Source: Acetatifactor sp. (GTDB lineage: Bacteria; Bacillota; Clostridia; Lachnospirales; Lachnospiraceae). Taken from it: 64,000 bases of DNA. The position numbers and the translations under genes are program-made. Under the pieces are notes generated by a model. The model had not been told where the DNA came from and made no database searches. It saw only the letters and a list, made by a program, of their open reading frames with translations. The stretch covers positions 2,636 through 66,635 of the forward strand of contig JBNMHS010000005.1 of NCBI GenBank assembly GCA_050872885.1, written 5' to 3'. Every line of letters starts with the position of its first letter. Positions within the stretch are counted from its first letter, which is position 1. Shown piece after piece: positions 35,327 to 45,084 of this stretch.

Positions 35327-36037
35327 TTATTCACCCAGATATGCTTTCTTAATGGAATCATTGTTCAGAAGGTCGCTTGCTTTTCCTTCCAGAACGATCT
35401 TACCGGTCTCCAGTACATAAGCTCTGTCAGCAATGGACAGCGCTTTCTTCGCATTCTGCTCTACCAGCAGAACCGTTGTACCGCTCTTACTTACTTCCTG
35501 GATAATGTCAAAGATCTCATTTACGAAGATCGGAGACAGTCCCATGGAAGGCTCATCCATTAAAATGATCTTAGGATGAGACATCAAAGCTCTGCCCATG
35601 GCCAGCATCTGCTGTTCACCACCGCTTAAGGTACCTGCCATCTGGTTCTGACGTTCCTTCAGTCTGGGGAAACGGTCAAATACAGTCTGCAGTGTCTGGG
35701 CGATCTCTTCTTTATCTTTTCTGGTATAAGCACCCATCATCAGGTTCTGCAATACGGAAAGCTGTGCAAATACACGACGTCCTTCAGGTACATGTGCCAT
35801 ACCCATGGATACAATCTTATGTCCGGGAATCTTTACAAGGTCCTGTCCTTCGAAAGTAATGGTTCCTTCCTTCGGAGTAAGCAGACCGGATACCGTATGC
35901 AGAATCGTTGTTTTACCTGCACCGTTTGCTCCGATCAGAGCGATTACTTCGCCCTCGTCTACATGGAAGGAAACTCCCTTTATGGCCTGTATCATGCCGT
36001 AATATACTTTGATATCATTTACTTCTAACATTGCCAT
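35327..36037 (-). CDS. livF: Branched-chain amino acid ABC transporter ATP-binding protein LivF
   Basis: 236 aa. Walker A GANGAGKTT, signature LSGGEQQML, Walker B ILMDEPS. Confidence 0.9.
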   Translation of the reverse strand: MAMLEVNDIKVYYGMIQAIKGVSFHVDEGEVIALIGANGAGKTTILHTVSGLLTPKEGTITFEGQDLVKIPGHKIVSMGMAHVPEGRRVFAQLSVLQNLMMGAYTRKDKEEIAQTLQTVFDRFPRLKERQNQMAGTLSGGEQQMLAMGRALMSHPKIILMDEPSMGLSPIFVNEIFDIIQEVSKSGTTVLLVEQNAKKALSIADRAYVLETGKIVLEGKASDLLNNDSIKKAYLGE

Positions 36038-36051
36038 AGCCGCATCTCCTC

Positions 36052-36810
36052 CTATTCACCCAGATAAGCCTTGATAACTTCCGGATTGTTCAGTACATCG
36101 CTGGTCTTGCCCTGACACAGGACACGGCCGAAATTCAGTACTGTCAGTTCTTCACAGATACCGCTGACAAGCTTCATATCATGCTCGATCAGAAGGATCG
36201 TCATATCAAAATGTTCGCGCACGAAACGGATGGTCTCCATCAGTTCCTGTGTCTCGTTGGGGTTCATACCGGCTGCGGGCTCATCCAAAAGTAACAGCTT
36301 CGGCTTCGTTGCCAGTGCTCTGGCGATCTCCAGCTTTCTCTGTTTACCGTAGGGAAGGTTATCTGCCAGCGTATCTGCCTCATCTTCCAGGCCGAATACT
36401 TTCAAAAGCTCCATGGCTTCTTCTGTCATCTGCTTCTCTACCTTATAGTATTTCGGCAGTCTGAGAATACCGGTGACGGTACTGTAACCCATATGGTTAT
36501 GCAGACCGACCTTTACGTTATCGATAACGGTCAGATCCTTGAACAGACGGATATTCTGGAAAGTCCTGGCAATTCCCGCCTGATTGATCTCAATCGTCTT
36601 CTTACCGGTAATGTCCTTGCCATCCAGCGTGATGATACCTTCCGTCGGCTTATAGACACCGGTCAATAAGTTAAATACCGTAGTTTTTCCGGCACCGTTG
36701 GGGCCGATCAGACCGTACAGAGCGCCTTTCTCAATAGTGATGTTAAAATCATCTACCGCACGAAGTCCGCCAAAAGAAATGCCTAAATTCTTAGTCTCTA
36801 ATAATGCCAT
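36052..36810 (-). CDS. livG: Branched-chain amino acid ABC transporter ATP-binding protein LivG
   Basis: 252 aa. GPNGAGKTT, LPYGKQRKLEIARAL, LLLDEPAAG. LivG-type N-terminus LLETKNLGISFGGLRAV. Confidence 0.9.
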   Translation of the reverse strand: MALLETKNLGISFGGLRAVDDFNITIEKGALYGLIGPNGAGKTTVFNLLTGVYKPTEGIITLDGKDITGKKTIEINQAGIARTFQNIRLFKDLTVIDNVKVGLHNHMGYSTVTGILRLPKYYKVEKQMTEEAMELLKVFGLEDEADTLADNLPYGKQRKLEIARALATKPKLLLLDEPAAGMNPNETQELMETIRFVREHFDMTILLIEHDMKLVSGICEELTVLNFGRVLCQGKTSDVLNNPEVIKAYLGE

Positions 36811-36812
36811 GA

Positions 36813-37889
36813 TTATTCAGCCTCCTTTTTTACAGACTTCTTGAACTTTGCTGCCACCTTTTCTCTCCACTCGATGCACTTCGGAGCCCAGTTGAACAGC
36901 ATCATTACGATCAGTACGATGGAATAGATCAGCATACGGTAATCGTTCAGACCACGTAACAGCTCCGGCAGCAACGTAAGAATCACTGCAGCGATAATAG
37001 AACCGCGGATGTTACCGATACCACCCAGTACTACAAATACCAGGATCATAATGGACATATTATATCCGAAGTTCTTCGGTAATGCTGTCAGTGTGGACAG
37101 ATTGTGCGCATACAGTACGCCGGCCACACCTGCAAGGGCTGCGGAAATAGAGAAAGCCATCAGCTTATATTTCGTAATATGGATACCTACGGATTCTGCT
37201 GCAATGGTATTGTCACGGATGGCCATGATGGCACGGCCGTCTCTGGAATGAATCAGGTTCAATACAATGAACAGTGTGATCAGCAATAATACAATACCGA
37301 TGGTAAAGTTAGAATCATGAGGTGTTCCGGTAATACCCTGCGCACCCTTGATAATTACCTGTCCGTCATCAGACATATTCAGATCCATGGTATTGGTAAA
37401 GGATACATGGAAACCGTTCTCGTCCACACCTACGAATAAGATGTTTACCAGGTTCTTGATGATCTCGCCGAATGCCAGGGTCACGATTGCAAGGTAGTCA
37501 CCCTTCAAACGAAGTACCGGAATACCGATCAATAATCCGAAAATGCCTGCAAAAAACGCACCGATCAGTATTGCACAGAAAAAACGGAGTCCGGAAGGCA
37601 TTCCGGAATTTTCCATTACCTTGGAGAAAAAGGCACTGGTAAAAGCACCGATACACATAAATCCGGCATGACCCAGGCTCAGCTCACCCAGGATACCTAC
37701 CGTAAGATTCAGGGAAACTGCAAGGATCGCGTATGTACACAGAGGAACCAACAGACCCTGCATCAGACTGCTCACACTTCCGGCAGATACCAGGATCTGC
37801 ATGATCACGTAAGCAGCGATCACCATTCCGTAAGTAATCAGATTGTCACGGAAGGTTTTATTCATTTTCTTACCACTTAATTTTTTCAT
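36813..37889 (-). CDS. livM: Branched-chain amino acid ABC transporter permease LivM
   Basis: Polytopic. ATG at 37889 lies 5 nt after AGGTGG; the track start (GTG at 37898) is an alternative. Confidence 0.87.
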   Translation of the reverse strand: MKKLSGKKMNKTFRDNLITYGMVIAAYVIMQILVSAGSVSSLMQGLLVPLCTYAILAVSLNLTVGILGELSLGHAGFMCIGAFTSAFFSKVMENSGMPSGLRFFCAILIGAFFAGIFGLLIGIPVLRLKGDYLAIVTLAFGEIIKNLVNILFVGVDENGFHVSFTNTMDLNMSDDGQVIIKGAQGITGTPHDSNFTIGIVLLLITLFIVLNLIHSRDGRAIMAIRDNTIAAESVGIHITKYKLMAFSISAALAGVAGVLYAHNLSTLTALPKNFGYNMSIMILVFVVLGGIGNIRGSIIAAVILTLLPELLRGLNDYRMLIYSIVLIVMMLFNWAPKCIEWREKVAAKFKKSVKKEAE

Positions 37890-37910
37890 GTTTGCCACCT
37901 GCCTCTTCTC

Positions 37911-38795
37911 TTATACTTTTTCCTGAACATTCTTGCCCAGCAGTCCGGCAGGTTTCACCAGAAGTACAACGATCAATACCGCAAATACGATTGCATCCGC
38001 CATCTGAGAAGAAATATATGCTTTGCCGAAGATCTCAATGATTCCCAGCAAAATACCACCGATCAGAGCTCCGGGAATGGATCCGATACCGCCGAATACT
38101 GCGGCAACGAAAGCTTTGATACCGGGCATGGAGCCGGTATACGGAGTCAGGGAAGGATATGCGGAACATAACAGCACACCTGCCACAGCGGCAAGTGCGG
38201 AGCCGATTGCGAAAGTAAGAGCAATGGTTCCGTCTACATTGATTCCCATCAGCTGTGCGGCACCCTTATCCTCGGATACTGCAAGCATAGCCTGACCTGC
38301 TTTGGTCTTGTTAATGAACAGCATTAAGCCCGCCATAATGATCAGACAGGTAACGATGGTTACAATGGTCTCACCTGTAATATTGATCTGACCGTCTGCC
38401 AGTTTGATCGGCTGCAGGGATACTACGGAAGTAAATGCCTTTGCATTTGCGCCGAAGATCAGTAATGCGACGTTCTGTAACAAATAGCTGACACCGATGG
38501 CCGTGATCAGAACCGCCAGAGGTGATGATGCCTTTCTTAACGGCTTGTACGCCACCTTTTCAATCGCCATACCCAGTAAGGTGCAGGCAACAACAGCTGC
38601 CAGGACTCCGATCACAGGAGAAAGTCCCATGGTACTGCACATTGTATAGGTAATAAATGCGCCGACCATAATGACATCACCATGTGCGAAATTCAACATC
38701 TTGGCAATACCGTATACCATGGTATAACCTAATGCAATCAGCGCATAGACACTTCCAAGGCTGATACCGTTGATCAGATAACTGATAAAACTCAT
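37911..38795 (-). CDS. livH: Branched-chain amino acid ABC transporter permease LivH
   Basis: 294 aa. MSFISYLINGISLGSVYALIALGYTMVYG is the typical LivH N-terminus. GGAGG RBS. Confidence 0.9.
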   Translation of the reverse strand: MSFISYLINGISLGSVYALIALGYTMVYGIAKMLNFAHGDVIMVGAFITYTMCSTMGLSPVIGVLAAVVACTLLGMAIEKVAYKPLRKASSPLAVLITAIGVSYLLQNVALLIFGANAKAFTSVVSLQPIKLADGQINITGETIVTIVTCLIIMAGLMLFINKTKAGQAMLAVSEDKGAAQLMGINVDGTIALTFAIGSALAAVAGVLLCSAYPSLTPYTGSMPGIKAFVAAVFGGIGSIPGALIGGILLGIIEIFGKAYISSQMADAIVFAVLIVVLLVKPAGLLGKNVQEKV

Positions 38796-38989
38796 GTGAA
38801 CTACCTCCGTTTTTGTAATTATTCATCTTGCATTCAACAAAGAAATTTTCAAAAAACAACGCGTTCTTACAAACAGTATGATTCGTGGTCTTATGAAAAT
38901 CGCCTTGGCTCTGAACAATTACAATTTTTTCTATCAAAAACAAATACAAAACCAAGTATAACAGAACAGACGCTTCTGCGCAACTATTC

Positions 38990-39027
38990 TAAAAAACAAA
39001 GAGAGTTACCCTGCGGTAACCCTCTTT
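38990..39027 (-). terminator. Intra-operon terminator/attenuator after the binding-protein gene
   Basis: On the minus strand: AAAGAGGGTTACC-GCAG-GGTAACTCTCTTT (39027-38998), then GTTTTTT (38997-38991). Confidence 0.7.
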
Positions 39028-39045
39028 GGAAACTACATGCACTAA

Positions 39046-40263
39046 TTACATAGCTTTGTAAGCACCATTCTCGATCACAACAGCCTTAGGAGCCTTGTTA
39101 GCCTCACCGTCTGCAGTCCAGGTCATACCGTTACCGGTCAGACCATCTACAGAGATTTCTGTCATAGCAGCCTTCATGCCGTCGCAAATATCGGAAACGC
39201 TCATATCAGGTGTAACACCGCTCTTCTCGATAGCAGCCTTGATGACATAGATAGCATCATAGCTGTCTGCTGCGAACTGGTTGGGAGTCTCACCGTATTT
39301 TTCCTTGTACTTGGAAACGAAGGACTGGGTCAGATCATCAGTTGCATCAGCTGCGAAAGGAGTTAACAGCATAACGCCCTCGGTCAGGGATACATCGAAG
39401 TTATCTACACCACCAAGGATACCATCCATACCGTCACAGGAGAACCACTTGGGAGCATATCCCATACCGGCTGCCTGAGTCAGGATCAGAGCAGACTCCT
39501 GATAGTAAATAGGAAGGAATACCATATCGGCACCGGCATCCTTTGCCTTCTGTAACTGAACGGAGAAATCAGTCTTGTTATCAGCGGTAAATGCTTCTGC
39601 AGCTACTACTTCAAACGGCTGGTTCTCGGACTCTTTTACGAACTTCTCATAAATACCGGAAGAGTATACATCGGAGCTGTCGTAGATAACTGCTACCTTC
39701 TCAGCCAGACCGTTCTCACCGATGTACTGTGCGGATGCAAGACCCTGGTTAGGATCGGAGAAGCATACACGGAATACGTTATCATACTGTACACACTCTA
39801 CAGCAGATCCGGAAGGGGTGATCTGGAACATATTGTCTTCCTTGGTCTTATCGGTAACTGCGATACATGCACCACTGGTGGTAGAACCATCAATGATCTG
39901 TGCACCCCAGTCCTTTAATGCATTGTAAGCATTGACAGACTTCTCTGCATCAGCTTCATCATCCTGGAACTTGAACTCGATCTGATAGCCGTTAATACCG
40001 CCTGCTGCATTGATCTCTTCTACTGCGATCTCTGCGCCGTGCTGAACTGCCAGTCCGTAAACTGCTGCGCCGCCGGTGGTCGGTCCGATACCGCCAATCT
40101 TAAATACGCTGCCGCTTGCTGCACCGTTGTCAGCTGCTGCGCTCTCGGTTGCTGCGCCTGTTCCGGTTGCAGCGGAACCGTTGTCTGCATTACCACAGCC
40201 GGCCATAGACATTACCATAGCAGAAGCTACGGCAACACTTAAAAACTTGTTAAACTTCTTCAT
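39046..40263 (-). CDS. Branched-chain amino acid ABC transporter substrate-binding lipoprotein (LivJ/K-like)
   Basis: 405 aa. Lipobox MSMAGC. Type I periplasmic-binding fold (KIGGIGPTTGGAAVYG...). Lies upstream of livHMGF. Confidence 0.88.
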   Translation of the reverse strand: MKKFNKFLSVAVASAMVMSMAGCGNADNGSAATGTGAATESAAADNGAASGSVFKIGGIGPTTGGAAVYGLAVQHGAEIAVEEINAAGGINGYQIEFKFQDDEADAEKSVNAYNALKDWGAQIIDGSTTSGACIAVTDKTKEDNMFQITPSGSAVECVQYDNVFRVCFSDPNQGLASAQYIGENGLAEKVAVIYDSSDVYSSGIYEKFVKESENQPFEVVAAEAFTADNKTDFSVQLQKAKDAGADMVFLPIYYQESALILTQAAGMGYAPKWFSCDGMDGILGGVDNFDVSLTEGVMLLTPFAADATDDLTQSFVSKYKEKYGETPNQFAADSYDAIYVIKAAIEKSGVTPDMSVSDICDGMKAAMTEISVDGLTGNGMTWTADGEANKAPKAVVIENGAYKAM

Positions 40264-40324
40264 AATATCTTCCTCCTTTTTAACAATGTATACAAAAATA
40301 CAAATGCATAATTGTTATTTTTGT

Positions 40325-40353
40325 ATAATACACGCTTCGATTTTGTTTGTCAA
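40325..40353 (-). promoter_or_regulatory. Sigma-A promoter of the liv operon
   Basis: On the minus strand: TTGACA (40353-40348), 17-nt spacer, TATTAT (40330-40325). It overlaps a 12-bp inverted repeat (40289-40300 / 40316-40327). Confidence 0.55.
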
Positions 40354-40542
40354 TGGTCTTTATTTATCTTATTCGATGTTTTATAGCATTAAAAAAGATC
40401 AATAATACTGTTTTTCTGCTTAAAAAATGTATACTTCTGTTTTTTATGGGAAATACTATCACCGAAACCTGTTTAGATCACTTTCATCAAAAAAATGTCT
40501 GCACAGGTCCAAAACCATATGCAGACAGGATAAGGAGATATT

Positions 40543-40752
40543 ATGGGAAATAAATGTTTAGACGGAACCGCTCTTACCATAGCGATCATAGGCGCAGTCA
40601 ACTGGGGCCTGATCGGATTATTCCGGTTTGACCTTGTCGCTTTCCTGTTCGGTGATATGTCATGGCTCAGCCGAATCGTGTACGTGCTCGTAGGTATCAG
40701 CGGCCTGTATCTTATCAGTTTCTTTCTCCATTTGGGAAATTCTGAGAATTAG
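40543..40752 (+). CDS. DUF378 small membrane protein
   Basis: 69 aa. LDGTALTIAIIGAVNWGLIGLFRFDLVAFLFG is the typical DUF378 sequence. AAGGAG RBS. Confidence 0.8.
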   Translation: MGNKCLDGTALTIAIIGAVNWGLIGLFRFDLVAFLFGDMSWLSRIVYVLVGISGLYLISFFLHLGNSEN

Positions 40753-41102
40753 AGTTCTTCTGTGGGGATCTGTACGCCATCTCTCCAGATACGTTCCAGA
40801 TCATAGAGCAGACGGTTTTCCTTGTCAAACACATGGACGATCACATCTCCGAAGTCCAGGAGTACCCAGTTGGCAGTTTCATAACCTTCTGTCTGTTTTG
40901 CGGGGAAACCGGCTCTTCCCAGCTTTTCTTCCACGTTATCACACAGTGCCTGGATCTGGCTGGAGTTACTGCCGCCTGCAATAATAAAATAATCTGCGAT
41001 CACAGATACTTTACTGATGTCAATTACTTTAATATCTTCTGCTTTTTTATCTTCCAATGCTTCTACGGCAAGTTTTGCCATCTTTCTGGATTCTTCGTTC
41101 AT
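40749..41102 (-). CDS. rsfS: Ribosome silencing factor RsfS
   Basis: 117 aa. DYFIIAGGSNSSQIQAL...WVLLDFGDVIVHVF motif. Confidence 0.92.
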   Translation of the reverse strand: MNEESRKMAKLAVEALEDKKAEDIKVIDISKVSVIADYFIIAGGSNSSQIQALCDNVEEKLGRAGFPAKQTEGYETANWVLLDFGDVIVHVFDKENRLLYDLERIWRDGVQIPTEEL

Positions 41103-41119
41103 TCCTGTTCCTCGCTTTC

Positions 41120-41683
41120 TTACTTATAATATTGATAGGTCTCTTCTGTCATGGGATCCATTTCGCCTTCTCCGGATTTCAGATAGTCCAGAGTATCCGC
41201 CAGAATCTTTTTCACGGCTGCGTCGAGATCGGTAAATGCCAGCTTACGGATTTCCGTGAGGTTGGGTGCCTGTTTTCTGCCCGGTTCGATATAATCTGCG
41301 GTAAAAATAATTTTTTCCAGAAGTGTCATTGCGGGATGTCCCGTCGTATGATACAGGATAGCGTTTAAAACGTCCTGATCTTCCACTTTATATTCTTTCT
41401 TTGCCAGGAAGCTTCCCACCTTTGCATGCAGCAGATAAGGATTGCGTCTTTCGACGTCCGTTACCGGGATATGATGTTTTTCACAAATCGATAATAATTT
41501 ATCATTTTCCATACATTTGGCGCAATCGTGAAGCAGTCCCGCTAACTGTGCCTTCTCCAGGTCTGCTCCGTAACGCATGGCAAGTGCGGCAGCCGTATAC
41601 TCTACGCCCAGTGTATGCGTAAATCTCTTGGGCGTCTGTACCTGCTCCATTTCTTTTGTCAGCTTTTTTAAAGTATCACTCAT
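41120..41683 (-). CDS. yqeK: HD-domain protein YqeK (bis(5'-nucleosyl)-tetraphosphatase type)
   Basis: RFTHTLGVEYTAAALAMRYG...AGLLHDCAK HD motif. The ATG at 41683 overlaps the nadD stop by 8 nt; the track start at 41734 is less likely. Confidence 0.85.
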   Translation of the reverse strand: MSDTLKKLTKEMEQVQTPKRFTHTLGVEYTAAALAMRYGADLEKAQLAGLLHDCAKCMENDKLLSICEKHHIPVTDVERRNPYLLHAKVGSFLAKKEYKVEDQDVLNAILYHTTGHPAMTLLEKIIFTADYIEPGRKQAPNLTEIRKLAFTDLDAAVKKILADTLDYLKSGEGEMDPMTEETYQYYK

Positions 41684-42290
41684 CCAGATAAAGCCTCTTT
41701 TCTTCCATGTATTTCCGCACTGCTTCCGGTACAAGATAACGTACGGAAAGTCCCTTGTTTCTTCTGGAACGGATCTCAGAGGAAGAGATTTCTATCCGTC
41801 TGAAAGGAAGCATTTGTATTCTTGCCTGAAAACGCTCCTGCAGGTCACGGATTTTCTCTTGCATGCCTGCGACGTCCGCATCCCCTCTCACAGCCGCATA
41901 GATCTCACAGGCTGCAAACAGACGGTCTGCGCATTTCCAGTGTTCCATCGTAAACAGGCAGTCCGCACCACAGATAAAAAAGAACCTGTTCTCAGGATAT
42001 TCCTTCTGTAACTGCTCCATGGTTTCATAGCTGTAGGAATTGCCCGTTCGCTTTATCTCCATATCCAGGCAGCGAAATCTCTCATTATCGGCAATTGCCA
42101 GGCAGACCATATTATACCTGTCTTCTGCCGGAAGAATCGCGATTCCTTCCCTTTTTTTCAAATAAGAACATCCCGTGGGGATCAGCCAGATCTGATCCAG
42201 TCTGCCCGTTTCCAGAGCCTGTTCCGCCAGCATCAGATGTCCTGTATGAATCGGGTTAAAGGTTCCTCCCATTATACCTATCCTGCTCAT
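41676..42290 (-). CDS. nadD: Nicotinate-nucleotide adenylyltransferase
   Basis: MSRIGIMGGTFNPIHTGH start at 42290; the track start at 42329 adds 13 non-conserved residues. Confidence 0.9.
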   Translation of the reverse strand: MSRIGIMGGTFNPIHTGHLMLAEQALETGRLDQIWLIPTGCSYLKKREGIAILPAEDRYNMVCLAIADNERFRCLDMEIKRTGNSYSYETMEQLQKEYPENRFFFICGADCLFTMEHWKCADRLFAACEIYAAVRGDADVAGMQEKIRDLQERFQARIQMLPFRRIEISSSEIRSRRNKGLSVRYLVPEAVRKYMEEKRLYLDE

Positions 42291-42350
42291 GCCTATCCCA
42301 TCCCTTTTGTGCGTTATCCGGCACAGCAAAGCATCCGCCGTATTTTTCTG

Positions 42351-42641
42351 TTAACGAGGCAGTTCGATCTTCGGCTTATCCTTATCCGGTTTATATAATA
42401 CGATCTTCTTACCGATGACCTGTACCACCTGGGAATGGGTACGTTCCGCCACCATCTCTGCAATTGCTCTGGGGTCGTCAAAACAGTTCTTCAAGACGCC
42501 GATCTTGATCAGTTCATTATTGTTAAAGGACTCACCGATCGCTGCGGTAAGTTCGGGAGTCAGACTGGATTTTCCCACCTGAAAAATAGGATTCAGGTTG
42601 CTTGCCAGACTCATTAAATAGGCTCTCTGCTTGCTTGTCAT
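42351..42641 (-). CDS. yhbY: Ribosome assembly RNA-binding protein YhbY (CRM domain)
   Basis: 96 aa. LTSKQRAYLMSLASNLNPIFQVGKSSLT. Confidence 0.9.
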   Translation of the reverse strand: MTSKQRAYLMSLASNLNPIFQVGKSSLTPELTAAIGESFNNNELIKIGVLKNCFDDPRAIAEMVAERTHSQVVQVIGKKIVLYKPDKDKPKIELPR

Positions 42642-42668
42642 ATTGTTTTCCTTTCTATTGTTAACGGC

Positions 42669-43961
42669 TTACTTATAATAGTCAAAAGACAGACCATACA
42701 TGCGTACGGTATCGCCTTCCTGAATGCCCAGTGCTTCCAGTTCTTCCAGAATACCGGTATCTTTCAGGAAGTTCTGGAAAAATGTGAAGCCCTTTTCACT
42801 GTCAAGATTCGTATATCCCAGCATCTTTTCGATCTTGGGACCTTCCACAACATACTCATCCTCTTCTTCGTCGTAGGTTACCGTATAAGCGTCATCCACA
42901 GATCCGGTCATACTTTCAGGGAAATACTCCTGTGCAAATACAGTCGTCTCTTCTCCGATATTGGACAGCATATCATTCACTTCATATAATAATTCTTTTA
43001 CGCCCTGTCCCGTTACTGCGGACATAGGGAATACTTTGATTCCCTTCGGCTCGAATTCCGCACGGATCGCCGCTACAGGATCCGATCCGTCCTCGGTATA
43101 AATCGCGTCGATCTTGTTTGCCGCGATCACCTGCGGTCTTGCCGCGATCTCCGGATTATAGGCTTCCAGCTCCTTATTGATGGCATAGATATCCGCAATC
43201 GGATCTCGTCCTTCCGTACCGGCTGCATCCACGATATGGATGATTACCTTGGTACGCTCAATGTGACGTAAAAATTCATGTCCCAGGCCCACGCCTTCGG
43301 AAGCTCCCTCGATGAGTCCCGGAATATCCGCAATGACAAATCCGCCGGTGCCTTCCAGATCCACAACACCCAGATTGGGATTCAGCGTTGTAAAATGATA
43401 ATTGGCGATCTTCGGTCTGGCATTGGTTACTCTGGATAAGAAAGTAGACTTTCCTACGTTAGGGAATCCCACCAGTCCCACATCGGCAATTACTTTAAGT
43501 TCCAACAGCAGTTCCAGTTCCTGTGCTGCCTGTCCGGGCTGCGCATATTTCGGAGCCTGCATGGTACTGGTGGCATAATGCTGGTTACCGTTGCCGCCTT
43601 TACCGCCTTTTAAGAGAACAACACGCTTGTTGTCCCCCGACATATCCGTAATTACCTGCCCACTCTGTGCTTCTTTGATGACGGTTCCTGCGGGTACTTT
43701 GATAATGATATCTTCCCCATCCTTGCCGCGGCAGTTCTTCTTGCCGCCCTCTTCACCGTCTCCGGCCTTGTACTTACGGATGTGCCGGAAATCGATCAGG
43801 GTATTCAGCCCCTCATCCACAACAAAGATCACGTCGCCGCCGTGACCACCGTCTCCACCGTCAGGGCCGCCACTGGGAACATATTTTTCACGGCGAAAGG
43901 ACACATGACCATCTCCGCCTTTACCGCTTCTTACGTAAATTTTAGCTCTGTCAGCAAACAT
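42669..43961 (-). CDS. obg: GTPase Obg
   Basis: MFADRAKIYVRSGKGGDGHVSFRREKY start at 43961 with AAAGGAG RBS. G motifs GFPNVGKST and DIPGLIEGA. C-terminal OCT domain. Confidence 0.95.
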   Translation of the reverse strand: MFADRAKIYVRSGKGGDGHVSFRREKYVPSGGPDGGDGGHGGDVIFVVDEGLNTLIDFRHIRKYKAGDGEEGGKKNCRGKDGEDIIIKVPAGTVIKEAQSGQVITDMSGDNKRVVLLKGGKGGNGNQHYATSTMQAPKYAQPGQAAQELELLLELKVIADVGLVGFPNVGKSTFLSRVTNARPKIANYHFTTLNPNLGVVDLEGTGGFVIADIPGLIEGASEGVGLGHEFLRHIERTKVIIHIVDAAGTEGRDPIADIYAINKELEAYNPEIAARPQVIAANKIDAIYTEDGSDPVAAIRAEFEPKGIKVFPMSAVTGQGVKELLYEVNDMLSNIGEETTVFAQEYFPESMTGSVDDAYTVTYDEEEDEYVVEGPKIEKMLGYTNLDSEKGFTFFQNFLKDTGILEELEALGIQEGDTVRMYGLSFDYYK

Positions 43962-44046
43962 TTTGTTCTCCTTTCCGACAAAAAATCCTTTACGGACTAA
44001 AAGGGCTTCAAACAATCAGTATGTTTGAAGCCCTGCTTAAATCAAC

Positions 44047-44331
44047 TTATTTCTTTACAGGATATACGGAAGCCTGCTTCTTGTCTCTGCCCTTTCTCTC
44101 GAAACGGAGAACGCCGTCAACTAAAGCAAACAGAGTATCATCTCCACCGATACCAACATTGACACCGGGATGGATCTTAGTACCGCGCTGTCTGTAAAGA
44201 ATATTTCCAGCTTTTACAAACTGGCCATCAGCTCTCTTCGCACCTAATCTCTTGGATTCGGAATCTCTACCGTTCTTGGTAGAACCAACTCCCTTTTTAT
44301 GTGCAAAAAATTGAAGGTTAAAGTTAAACAT
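44047..44331 (-). CDS. rpmA: 50S ribosomal protein L27 with a Prp-cleavable N-terminal extension
   Basis: 94 aa. [24 protein letters not shown]; the NLQFF/A pro-sequence is typical of Firmicutes. Confidence 0.97.
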   Translation of the reverse strand: MFNFNLQFFAHKKGVGSTKNGRDSESKRLGAKRADGQFVKAGNILYRQRGTKIHPGVNVGIGGDDTLFALVDGVLRFERKGRDKKQASVYPVKK

Positions 44332-44334
44332 GGT

Positions 44335-44679
44335 CTACACCTCCTCGATTTTTACTTGCAAATACTGTTCACCGTACTGTCTGCTTAGATTCTGTAGTGA
44401 AAACACCATAGAATCCATCAAAAATACGGATTTGTCCTGCAGAACACTCTGAAAATCACATTTGATAAAGCCTGTCTCCTCATTCTGTGTCAGCTGAAGC
44501 TCTTCGCCGGCCAGCTCAGAAAGCGAACCGATGGTACTTTGTACCAGTACCGAAATCGCCGCACAGAGGATATCCGGTTCTCTGCCAAATAATCTTTTCT
44601 TTGCATATCCTGCATGTCCCATGCAGTAGAATCCCTGATAGATTCCGGCATGGTTCTTACGAATGATAATAGTTGTCAT
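44335..44679 (-). CDS. prp: Ribosomal-processing cysteine protease Prp
   Basis: 114 aa, between rplU and rpmA. GHAGY...DILCAAISVL catalytic His/Cys pattern. Confidence 0.9.
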   Translation of the reverse strand: MTTIIIRKNHAGIYQGFYCMGHAGYAKKRLFGREPDILCAAISVLVQSTIGSLSELAGEELQLTQNEETGFIKCDFQSVLQDKSVFLMDSMVFSLQNLSRQYGEQYLQVKIEEV

Positions 44680-44684
44680 AACGA

Positions 44685-44990
44685 TTACGCGTTAATCTTT
44701 TCGATCTTAACCTGAGTGTATGCTTGTCTATGACCATTCTTCTTGTGGTAACCGGTTTTTCTCTTGTACTTGTATACAATAACCTTCTTACCTCTACCCT
44801 GCTCCATAACGGTTGCGGTAACAGTTGCGTTAGCAACGTCAGCACCAACCTTGAGGGTATTGTCACTTACTGCGATCACCTGGTCAAAAGTAACAGTATT
44901 ACCGGCTTCTGCATCGATCTTCTCAACTTTGATCACATCACCCTCAGAAACTTTGTACTGCTTTCCACCTGTTGCAATAATTGCGTACAT
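44685..44990 (-). CDS. rplU: 50S ribosomal protein L21
   Basis: 101 aa. [18 protein letters not shown] start. AGGAGG RBS. Confidence 0.97.
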   Translation of the reverse strand: MYAIIATGGKQYKVSEGDVIKVEKIDAEAGNTVTFDQVIAVSDNTLKVGADVANATVTATVMEQGRGKKVIVYKYKRKTGYHKKNGHRQAYTQVKIEKINA

Positions 44991-45084
44991 AATAAGGCAC
45001 CTCCTATTATTTACTCGCTAACTTTGGTGGTGAAAGATCTTAAAATCCAACACACTTATACCTAGTTATGCGGCATACCGTAGT

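Noticed and set aside
38844-38858. A CodY-like box, AATTTTCAAAAAACA, in the livJ-livH spacer.
   Set aside because: It has three mismatches to the remembered consensus AATTTTCWGAAAATT and sits in a very AT-rich region. The chance of a match this good is high, so I do not report it as a feature.
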